The translations under genes and the position numbers were made by a program. A DNA stretch of 64,000 nucleotides, from positions 1,054,001 to 1,118,000 of the forward strand of contig JBBPEB010000007.1 of NCBI GenBank assembly GCA_039096225.1, given 5' to 3'. Position 1 is the stretch's first letter; each line of letters opens with the position of its first letter. The notes below the pieces were generated by a model. That model was not told the DNA's origin. It was given only the letters and a program-made list of their open reading frames with translations, and did not search any database. Source of the DNA: Blastocystis sp. Blastoise. Its lineage: Eukaryota; Protista; Bigyra: Opalinata. Below, piece by piece: positions 28,647 to 44,800 of the stretch.

Positions 28647-30136
28647 CTCGAGAGATAGATACCAAGAAGATTGTCGATTTCTCATTATACGATAGTATTC
28701 ACGGGAATCAGAAGGAGAATAATGATAATCAAGCTCATAATAGTGCATATGATGCCTTTATGACAGGTGCACTTTATTTGATTATCGCCTCAAAGTTTGG
28801 ATTTGATGAAACAAATATTAATTCTCTCTTCTCTTCCTTTTCTCCTTCTTCTTATATATTATCTCCTCCTCATCCTCTACCAACCACTCCACTCCCTCAA
28901 ATAGACCCTCTATGCGTCACCAAGAGCACGTGCAAAGAAGATACTGCACAAGAACAACAAATTAATACTGATATGAATAGTGAAACACAATTAGTAGAAT
29001 CTGTTCTTCCTATGGAATACTATTCCATTGAAGGTGTGTCACTTCCCATAGATTATTCTAAAGAACGTTTTTATGGGTTTATTAATCGAATGAATCTCTT
29101 TAAACAGGATGAATGTCTTCCTCTATATACATGTATATATAATATCCAAGAAGAAATGAATAAGTCCAAAAGACTATTATATAAATGCCTTTTTGTTACT
29201 GCAGATAATGTATAGAATATATATATATATATAATTTTTTGTATATATATCATGTTGTATATATTATTACATAGTTTTTTATATGTATATTAAATAGTAA
29301 ATATTATAGTATATTAAATTATATATTATAGTATATATATAACATATATATGTATATAGGGATATAAGATGAAAGATGTACTAGAAACAGTTAATAAACT
29401 TGTAGATATTCGAGAATTAAAAGTATATATATGTATATATATATATATATATATAATGTCTTTATATATATGTTGAATATGTTTATATATAAGAGTTTCT
29501 TTAATAAGTGTAATTCTATATATATATATATAGTTTCGTGTACATTGTATTAGTAGTACTGTTTTTCTCTTAGAATGTCCCTCCTTCTCTATTCTTAAGA
29601 ATATCTATTATTATAAACAAAGTATATACAGTCATTCTATTTATTATTTATGGTTATCTATATATACTTGTATATTATATACTATTTTAATAATTTCTTA
29701 ATGATCTATATAATCATTTATTCTATGTTATATAAGTATTATAATATTATTTTATCATTGATGTAATAATATTAATATTATTAATTTATATATAGATCAA
29801 GTTTCCTCTGGTTCTGAAGATGTATTGAAGAATTATTCTATATATTTATATGACAAATATGAAGAATATTGTGGTGTTAATGTTTCTATTCTTCATAAAG
29901 ATATATATACTAATCACGATTTACAACAGGTTGTTGGCCATTCTATGTCAATATATAAATCTATAGATAATACTTTAGATAGCATACCATTTGAACCATT
30001 TAGTGTTATTAAAACTTATATTCTTAAAGAAATACAAGAGAATAATAATAATACAACCATCAACTTTTATTCTAATAAACGACACTTTGAAGAAGAGCAA
30101 GTTCCTGGTCCTAAACGTATATGTAGAATTTTGTAA
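26502..30136 (+). CDS. PARN: Poly(A)-specific ribonuclease (CAF1/DEDD family), about 15 exons
   Basis: LEVTKDNYTELLPVIRETIDKSAFIAFDYEFSGL, GIKFLDENGFDFSKSLNKGIP, R3H-like MNSYTRKLVYQ, GIRRVYEHL, IIDIQ, AHNSAYDAFMTG. Confidence 0.88.
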
Positions 30137-30513
30137 ACAAACATCTACTATTTTTTGATTTCTTTATACCCATTTTCTTTAAATCAATTGTTTAAATTAT
30201 ATATATATAATTTTTATTATCGTTGAACTTTATAATATTATTAACAAGTCTATGTTTTAATGAGTGGCAAATTAAATTGTTGAAAAAAAAGAGTCGAAAT
30301 TATAATGTATCAAAACTAATGTTATAATTATGCATTAAATTAAGTATAACTTATATAATTTTGAGTCAAAGAATACAAAAATGTTTTTGCAGAATATAAA
30401 TGCTTATTATTAACTTCAATATATATAAAAATTTAACAACAGAATTTTGAATTTCTTCACAATATTTTATTTTTTGTTTTTGTTATTCGAGATTTTCTTT
30501 AGTAGTTATTAAA

Positions 30514-31927
30514 ATGATGAAATACATTTTATCACTCTTGGCGTTATTTAGTATTGCATTTTCTTCAGAGATTTATTCTGCTAATTATGATGTATGTTGA
30601 CTGTGTATAATTATATTTAGTTCTTACATATATAGATTGAACCTAAAGGATGCTATAAAGAAGTTATTGAAATATTTTATTATGGAACATTCTTTTTTGA
30701 TCAAAGACATTTAGTAGTCAGTAGAAACGACACCAATGTGTCTGTTTCATTCCACAATTCTGACAGTAATGCTAGAATTGCACTTCAAGACATATATTAT
30801 AATATGAAAACGTATGTATTTGCATTTTTTTAAATTCTTTATTTCTTACCATGTTATATATATATAGTGATGAACGTATTTCTCCAGATGCTACATATTT
30901 AAAGTGTTCATTTAATAAGAACAACGAATGTGAAATTTATTTGTCTAATTATGGTAATATTGATGTTAAAATTGATAATGCTAATACTGAAAAAACTGCA
31001 CATGTTTCTTTGAAAATGGATAGTACATACTATAAGAATGGTATTATTTCCTTTTTATGTGGAGTCTTTTTGAATATATTCTCACCTTTTTTATGTACTT
31101 CAATCCCTTTTATATATATATGTATCATCGCTTTATCTCTCTTATTTTCCACGGGAATGAGCAGTATGATGATATTACAAAAGTATATATATTTATATAC
31201 ATTTATATATATTCCCAAAATATCTGTATAATGATTATTATTATTATTTATTATGTATTCTTAATTATGTATATATATTTATAGGCTTGGAACAAATAAG
31301 TTTTTAATTATTTGCTGGTGGATATTTTATTCATTTTGTATATATATATATATATAAATATGATTATTATTCTATATATGTGATAGATAATAATAATATT
31401 TATATATGATTATTATTCTCTGTATGTAAATAATAATAATAATATATATATAGTTGCTCTTGTATTTTATTTCTTTCATATTCATGAATTATATGAGAAT
31501 TATGTTTTAACTCTTTCTACTCGCTTTATTATGTATATATATATATAGTTGTATTTCATCTATTTCATTTATATATATATTTAGTATTCTTGTATTTTAT
31601 ATTGATTTATAATGTATTTATATATATATAATTCTAATTATATCATCTTTTCTCTCTCTCTCTATATATATATATCAATATATAGATATGCAATCTACTC
31701 AATTGTTATTGGTTTCTTATTTGCCTATTTATATATACCTCCATATACAACTTCCTTGAACATCTTTATTCGATTCGCTCTTAGAGGCATATATATATAT
31801 ATATACTATTTGATTTATATTATACATATATAATATTTGATTTATATTATATATATATAATATTTGGTTTATATTATTATATACTATTTGATTTATATAT
31901 GGAATACTATATATATACTATTCTATT

Positions 31928-31968
<41 letters not shown>

Positions 31969-32092
31969 TATATCCTATATATTCATGGCTCATAGTTCTC
32001 CTTCTTTCGCTATTTCTGTCTTTTTCTTTATTATAATCCTATTCACAAATTATTTGGCTGAACCATTCATAAAAAGAATCAGATTTATTGTG

Positions 32093-32134
<42 letters not shown>

Positions 32135-32457
32135 GTTGTGGTTGGATTTGGAAGCTTCAATCTTTATATTTCCCCAGAGACCGTATATAATAATAATAAT
32201 AATAATATTATATACTTAGAAAAATATATACTAATTAAAATAATATATATATATATATATATATTGATAATTATGATTATATATATAGGTCCCTTAAAAT
32301 CAATTGATCAATATAATGAAGAGACTGTTGAAACCACAAAAGAACAAATGAAACAACTTATTGATTATTATAGAGAAGTATATATATATATACTAATAGG
32401 TTTTCAATATTTTGTGATATTATTATTACATAATATAAAATCTATATTTATATTCTA

Positions 32458-32527
<70 letters not shown>

Positions 32528-33010
32528 TAATATGTTTTCAATATTTTGTGAAATTATTATTACATAATATAAAATCTATATTTATATTCTATACTATATA
32601 TATATATATATACTAATATGTTTTCAATATTTTGTGATATTATTATTACATAATATAAAATCTATATTTATATTCTATACTATATATATATATATATATA
32701 TATATACAGCATCCTGAAGCTTTGAATAAATTATCTTATGGTAATATGGCTATGAAAGATCTAGTTAAAGGAGTAATTATATATATATATATAATTAAAT
32801 TATATTTAAATACATTACAAATTAAATTAAATTTTTTTATACTTGTTATTAATATTACTTTATTTATTTATTATAATAATTTATAGACAATATCTTATGA
32901 AACATTTATGATGCAACGTATATAGTTCTCTATATATATATATATATCTTAATACTATTATATTTCTATCTATAGAAGATTTATTTGTGAATAGTTTCAA
33001 CAGAAGATAA
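30514..33010 (+). CDS. Nuclear envelope integral membrane protein (NEMP/TMEM194)-like
   Basis: Signal peptide (MMKYILSLLALFSIAFS), about 5 TM helices, and C-terminal W..LYFPRDRPLKSIDQYNEETVETTKEQMKQLIDYYREHPE, which resembles the NEMP 'FP...LL.EEEY.....T..AL..L' region. Confidence 0.65.
31787..31967 (+). other. GC-AG intron in the NEMP-like gene
   Basis: AGAG|GCATATATAT...TATATAG|GTATATCC joins FALR-G-ISYIFMAHSSP in frame. No GT donor is nearby. Confidence 0.8.
32390..32705. repeat. Three tandem copies of a ~75-nt intronic unit separated by (TA)n
   Basis: actaata(g/t)gttttcaatattttgtga...tctatatttatattctatac repeated at about 32392, 32526 and 32612. Confidence 0.9.
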
Positions 33011-33821
33011 GTTCATACAATTGTGGATCTTCATCTATATAGGATTAAAACATTGAACATTTTGTTTTGTTTCAATAACATTTATGTTTTTTCTTTTCAT
33101 ATTAAAGAAATATTCAATCTTATAAATGCTCGCGAGGCGCTCTGAGATAAATAGCACATATAATATAGCTAAAATGTGGTCAAAACAAACTCAATGACAC
33201 CTGGAAAAAGTTGTAATTTACTAAAATTTTAATATGCTATTGCTTCTTTGGATGTAAAAGTTTATTCCTATCTTCATACTCAGAGTTCTGTCTTTAACAA
33301 ACCTTTCATTCGATCTATAAATGCTCATCATATGACATCAATAAAAAAATCAAATTTTGTTTGTGTTTTTATGGAAAAATCGTGGAAAAATCAAGAGAAT
33401 TCAAGAATCTAAAAACCAGATTAAATCAGTAGCAATAAAATATGTCTGGAAATTTATTACATGAAGGTTTTTTCTATTTTTGAATTGATTCTTTTTCTGT
33501 AGATATTAATTAATATTCATTGATTATAATTGTTGAATATTAGTAGATATACTTATATTACATATTTAATTTAAACTTCTGTTTATAAGTATCTTAAAAA
33601 ATAAATTGTTTTCTTTCTTCATCTAGAAAAAGGTATTTAATTTTTGTTTAAAATGATATTTTCTTAGTATTCACTATTGGATACATATATATTTTTAATT
33701 AGAATATATTCTATTCTTCTTTTCTATAATAATGTCATTTAGTTTTTGATTTATATTGTTAGTTTTTAAAATAATTGCTTATTCATATATATAGAAGACT
33801 CTGATAAATAGCAATAAAATA

Positions 33822-37162
<3,341 letters not shown>

Positions 37163-38320
37163 AATAAAATTATTATGAATAGTAAATTATTTATTTTAGT
37201 GATTTATTTTTATTGTCTATCTATATTTTTGTATTATTATTTTAAAGAATAATTATGATTATTTATATTCAAATATTGTATTTTACTTTTATATATATCT
37301 ATTTTTATTTCGAAATATATCTCTTTCTTCTATTATATATATATATACATATATATATATAGTTTGTTTTATTTTTTCTTCTTTTACAATTTTAAATAAT
37401 TCATTTATGCATATATATTTTTCTTATTTTATTTATATAAAATATTAATTATTGTTCAATTCATATTATTATATTATTTAAATAATATATACTTAAATAT
37501 AATTAGAACATTTCTTTTTTTTTGGTATTATATAGTATCTATATATATATCCATCTTTTCCCTATATGATCTATTATTATAATAATATATATTTTAAATA
37601 AGTAGTAACTTTTTTTTTTGAATAGAATAATAAATTATTACATTTATTTTTATAATAATTAGAATCTAATATATATATATATATATAATCAATATACACA
37701 ATCAATATACGCTTTATCATTTTTTACTTTTTGTCACTTATTCTAATTTGATTTTGTTGTTCATTTCATTATGAATTCATTTTTTATTTAATAATTTCAT
37801 TTTATACTTGTTATTATATCAAAACATCAATAAATATATATAAATATTTTGTTGTCTTCTTCATTATTATTTAAATGTGATGTTTCATTTGACAACAGTT
37901 TTAAAACTAAAAATATTTTTTAATTAAATAAAGTTGCTCAGAATAATCAAATAGAACTGGAAATGGATTATATATATATATATAAATATTTTGATAATCC
38001 TATCTATATATAAATAGTTACATTACAATACTTATATAAAAAATAAAACAAAAAACAAATCTTTTCAACTCACAAGAGCAATACTATTTTCATCTTATAT
38101 AATAATTGCATAAAGATTTAACAATGAACAAATTATAATAATAAAAAAGAGTACAATATAAAAACTCGACAAAAACATACTCACATTATTATATATATAC
38201 ATATACAAAACAAATAAACAAAACAAATATAATATATTTATATATATAGGAAGAATTAATAAATAAGAAATAAAATATACATTTTCATAATATGAAACAT
38301 CAAGATAAATAATAATAATG

Positions 38321-40645
38321 TTATTGTAACTTATTATTCAAACTAATAATTAATAGTTTTTGTGTATTTAAATAATTTCGACTATTCTTTATAGTCAAAT
38401 AGACACTATATAAATATATTTAAAAAATAGTATAATAATAATAGTAGTTTAAAATTGTATAATAAATAATATATATATACCGTAAAAGAAAGTTATTCAG
38501 GAGATAAATAAAGTGTTTTGATTGGACGACACTACTTTTTGTGTCATGCATCAACGATATTAATTTCCCCACGATTATTTTCACCACTCTTTCTAATCGA
38601 CTTTCAAATAGTTCATCCTTCAAAGCTATATAGTCATATAAAATAATAAGATAATTATTAATGTTTGAATAGAATTCTTTGTTTTCCATATTCTCAAACG
38701 ATTGGATAATCCGCGCACAGAAAGATTCGTTCATGAATAATAACCAATGAAATAGCGATATCGATTTAGTCGGAGTGAATTCGTATAAATATGTAATAAA
38801 TGATAATGTAAATAACTATATATACATATAGAATAATGATTAAATAATAATAATAGTAAGGACTATTTATATATATACTGAATAATCGTTAGTTGATAAT
38901 AAAATAACATCTATATATAATAGTAATATTAATAATATATATATATATATTTATTTATATATACCTGCCCTTGTACCTGGATAAACCGCGGTTCTTTCAT
39001 GTAAATTGAGGGAGGGAAGTAATATTAGAAGAGGATCTAGTAATGTATTTATATATACAGATAGAGAAAGAGAAGAAGGAAGTGGATTTGATATATATTT
39101 CAATATATGACCATGCTATATATATAATAATAATAATAATATATATATATATATATAAAGGCTTACAAGTTTTCTATATGCACTCATTAATGCAAAAGAT
39201 GGATCTATATATATATATAATAAAAAAATAAATAAGAATAATAATAAAAAAATAATATACATTATAATAATAATAATTAGATTAATAATAATAATAAAAA
39301 GAAAAATAATAATAAAATATACTTTTTAATAATGACTTTATTAATTTAAAGAACACATGATTATGTTCTTCTATATCAATATTATTCTTCTTCATAAATC
39401 TCTTCGCATTATTCATAGTAACAGCTTCTGGAATGTTCTGAATTAAGCTGATTATCAATTTATCCAATATAGCAATAGGAGTAGTTCGACTGTTTTTATT
39501 CATATCTTTCGTTATATATTCATCAATTTCAGGTTTAAACTCTTTTAATATGCATAAAATTGAATTATATAAACATATATATATATTATTCTTTAATATA
39601 GATGAAGAATAAGGAGATAGTAAAATCCCACGGTTATTGTAATTATATAAGTAGAAATTTAAAAACCAAAGAGATAAAGATGGAGAACTGATCAAACACA
39701 TGGAAAGAAGTTGAATCCATTTTTGTAATTGTGTTTCAGAGTCAGCGGGGGTTATGGGGGACAGTACGAACAAGAAATAAAGTATACAAGTCTATATAAT
39801 AATAATAATAATATATATATATATATATATATAATATACTTTCATAGAACTATCACACTGATCTGAAAATTTAAAGCGATTCCCGTAATTATAATCACAA
39901 ATATTATATATATATCTACCAATATAATTAGTATATAGTTCAATTGTTGTATCACTTTCTTTAATATATTTCGATATATATCTCATTAAACTATAGGTAG
40001 GAATCACTTCTCCCGTGGGGAAATCTGTTTTTGACGGTGGAGAGTTCTCTGTTTCCATGGGAATACTGCTATAGCTCCAGTCTAAACTGGAATTATGTGA
40101 CAGAGTCTGACGCGGCGTGGTTAACGTTGGAATACAAATCGTATTATTAACACTTTCATAAACATAATTATATACTGTCTTCTTAGTATATATTAATAAA
40201 CAAGCGCTATAATTCTTCTCTATTTCATTCTATATGTAATATATATATATATATATATATAATAAAGGATTATTATAACTATATATCACTAAAATTAATA
40301 ATAATAATCATATATATATATACTTCATCAAGTCCTCCAAAACAATCGTTTTCAATTCGTTCAGAATTATATATCGTTACGTTATTATCGTTATATTTGT
40401 ACCAAATTTCTTCTCCGCACGATGGAACACTAATATTCGCTTTACAAGCAGTCCCGCGGGAGGAATTCAAAAATGAGGAGTGATAAGGAATATTTCTATG
40501 AGAAGGAGATCTACCCAAATATAAATAATGTCCATTATCTATATATATATATTATATATTTATATATATATTATATACTAGCGTTACCAATGTGGATAAT
40601 AATACCAGTTAATATATATAAGTATTCTTCACTATATATAATATA

Positions 40646-40680
<35 letters not shown>

Positions 40681-40724
40681 TTATTTGAAGGCTTCTTAAT
40701 ACCATGTAATCTATATATAGAAGC

Positions 40725-40784
<60 letters not shown>

Positions 40785-40850
40785 TCGTTTTCTCTTGATG
40801 TATATGTATATTTATAAACATCTAATTCCAATGGGAATGAACAATAAGAA

Positions 40851-40921
<71 letters not shown>

Positions 40922-41762
40922 TTTATAGGGTTTCATTTTTCTATAATCAAATTGAACTCTGTTTAGATTAATACAAAGATTATTATTATATTCATATAAT
41001 CGAGTAACTATGATTAATATCATATATATATATATATATACATAGAATTGTATTTAAAATATTTATATATATATATATATAATATATATATAATATAAAT
41101 AATGATGGTATATTAATATAGTTGAGTCACAATAATATATATATATATATACATTTTTGTGAATTTCTCTTGGTTTTACACTGAGGACATTCGAAACTGA
41201 ATTCATTATATAGCGACTCAACACCGAAATAACTGCTTAACGCGCTTTCAATACTCTATATATATATATAAACCAAAATAAATTATAACAATATATTGTA
41301 AATAGAATAATAAATAATAAAAAAAATAATAAATAAAATAATAAATATTAAGAACAAATAATAATAATAATATAATAATAATAATAGTTTATATATACAT
41401 TTTGTCTTTCAATATTCACGGTTAAAACATAAAATTTCTCAATATCCACTCGTTTATGATCACAGGCCAAGCTTTTAAATTCAGTATATATACTACCAAT
41501 ATAAGTATTCTTCAACCAATTCTTATATCCTTCTTCTTCTAATTTATTAAATAATATACTAATAAATTCATTTATATCAAATTGAATATTTCTATTAAGT
41601 TTTTCTCCTGAATAATCCGTTAAACTATCAAAGAAATCAAATGGACCCACACTTTTATAACTACCAAACTTCATACGCGTAAATAACTCCTGGAGACACC
41701 GTACAGTAGTTCTAACGGCAGGGGGGGACACAATCGTTTTTGCAGATATTTCACAAGTAGGC

Positions 41763-41833
<71 letters not shown>

Positions 41834-44800
41834 TTCTTTTGTGTTCCCTATAATAGAAGATTCATTCACGTGCTTCTGAGTTTGTGTTTCTTTCTTCTCA
41901 CCAGATTGACCAATAGGATGCATTACTTGAGGTGACACAGGGAGACAAAGAGGCACTGAATGAGATGATGTTAATAAAGATTGATTTATTAATGTTTTCG
42001 TTGTAGGTACTATATTATTATTATTATTATTATCTTTATTATTACTATTATCTTTATTATCTTTATTATTATCTTTATTATTATTATTATCTTTATTATT
42101 ATTATTATCTTTATTATTATTATTATCTTTATTTATCTTGAATAAGCATTCAGGACGATGAGGTGATACTGCGGATCCCTCAAGTGGAGAAACTGGAGAA
42201 ACACTATTTCTTTGAGGTGTACTATCTGTTGTTAGAGGTGATAAATGAATAGAAGAAGAAGAAGAAGTAGGAGTTTCACAAGATTTCTGAGGAGAATTAG
42301 TTTCTTGAGTAAAGGAGACAAAATCCCCGTGGGAAGCAGATAGTGGGAGAGGAGAAAGAGGAGAAATAGCATTGTATTGCTTGGAATGAGGAATAGTATT
42401 TTTATTGTGTTCCACAACAGGAGTAACAGGAGATTGAAGAGACACTTCATGATTGGGTAATAATGGAATACTATTCTTAGAAATTGAGGGATATTGTACA
42501 GACTCATTATTCTTTGTGTTTCCAGATTTTGTGTCATTATCAGTTATGGATGACACACTTTTTATTTTCGAGTTATCACGTGCATCTTCTTTCGAAGTAT
42601 CTATGTCATCATTATTTCCAAGAGAATCTTTATTTGTCTCCGTACCATTCTTGATCGTATTCTCATTATTATTATTATTATCTTTACTATTATTATTATC
42701 TTTATTATTATTATTAGATAAAGGAGTAGGTGTTTGTGGTGATTTATTAATAGATACAAAGGGTATAGAAGAAGAAGAAGTTAAACAAAGTTGAATATCA
42801 TCATATTTATGTATATTTACATCTTCTTCATCAATATAATCTGTTTCTATTGATAATAATAAATTTGCACCAAAATTATGACATAACATCTGTAGGATAC
42901 TACTCATATAACATGTATTTCCTAAGTTATTGATTCCCGTGGGAATACCTACCTTGCGAATCTTTGTAAATGGATTTGTTGGAGGTCTATAGATAGTCGC
43001 CAAAATATTCGGATTTACACGGGGATTATCAATTAAATTTAATAATGAAATATATAGTTCATCATTTATGGATGTCTGTATAGATTGATCTTGTTTTGCT
43101 ATAAATATATATATATATATTATTATTATATTTATTATGTTTATTATGTTTATTATGTTTATTATGTTTATTATATATATATATACCTATAGTATAAAGT
43201 AGAATAGTAGCATATCGTTGAGAGAAGATCGTGAAATTAGGATATGTATGAAGTATATAGGACGGCATATAGTAGCAATCAATACAGGTATAGAGAGAAG
43301 AGGATGGAATAGGGGACACAATATACTATATATATAATAATATAAATAATAAGATCATTATAATTCATTGAATAATTAATTATTTATGAATAGTATATCA
43401 ACTTGAAATTTTATTAAAAATAATAATATCATAATGTAATATATATATATATATATACAGTATAAATATAGCTCATAGATTTAATAATATAAGCCTTAAT
43501 AGAAGGTGATACAATACAATTATTTAGCATAACAAATAGTTGTGAGAATATTTGAGGTAACGGTAATAGAATAGGAGGAAGTTTTCCACCTATACCTATA
43601 TTGTTCTCATTATAATACTTCTATATATATATTATAATTATTATTTTAAGTATATATATAATAATATATATATATATATATATATACTTTATTAGATGTA
43701 GAGTTTGTATGAGGAATATATTCTAATGTTTCGAGATATATATTCATAATATAATTAAAAGCATTGTTAGTATCCATTGTATATATACTATATAAATATA
43801 AGCTATAACATATATATGTATATATACTGATGAATAAGGCAATAATCTAATAGGTGTGTGCATAAGTCCATATATACACCTACTTCTTCTTCTCGAAGAC
43901 GAAAATAATTACGTACAAACATACGATATAAATGCTATATATATATATAGGATATTATTAATATAACATTATTTTATATATAATGAATATATACAGTCCA
44001 GAGAAGAGCAGGAGCAGGACTTCCACGGGAAACTGCTGCAATATATAAGCATCGAGCAATGGATAATCGCGGGGATGTCAATGTTGTATGAATTAAAACA
44101 TTATAAAGCCATGAAGCCAGTTGTGTATATCTATATATATATTATATATTATATTTATACATATATATACCCAAATAAATAATTAACAGTAAGTGGATTA
44201 GAAGTAAATATTTGAACAAGAAATTCGGTCATCCAATAGATTGCAGTGTCCTAAAGATAATAATAAGTATATTATGTGAATATATAATAATAATACTAAG
44301 TATAATTACAATTATAATAATAATAAGTATAATAAATATAATAGGTATAATAATAATTATTATTATATGTATACTAGTCTATCTTTAATAATAGGATTAT
44401 ATATATAGAGAGACGGAGGAGGACTTGGAAGTGACCGATTCTTAAAGAGATTATATAAATAATTAGAATTATCTATATAATAAATATAATAAATATAATA
44501 AATATAATAAATATAATAAATATAATAAATATAATAAATATAATAAATATAATAAATATAATAAATATAATATAATAAATATAAGTTTACCTTCTTCATT
44601 TACATTTTCATTTGTGTTATTTTCTGTTTTTCCCGCGATTATTTCTTCCATTTTCTCCATATAAACAGATGAAGGAAGGTTTTCTCCTTCTCCTCTATAA
44701 AGATATTCATACATATATATATATCCATCTTCTTCTTCTTTATTAACATCGACACCATCGTTATCAATCTCAATCTCCTCCTGTTTAATTTGACCAATTA

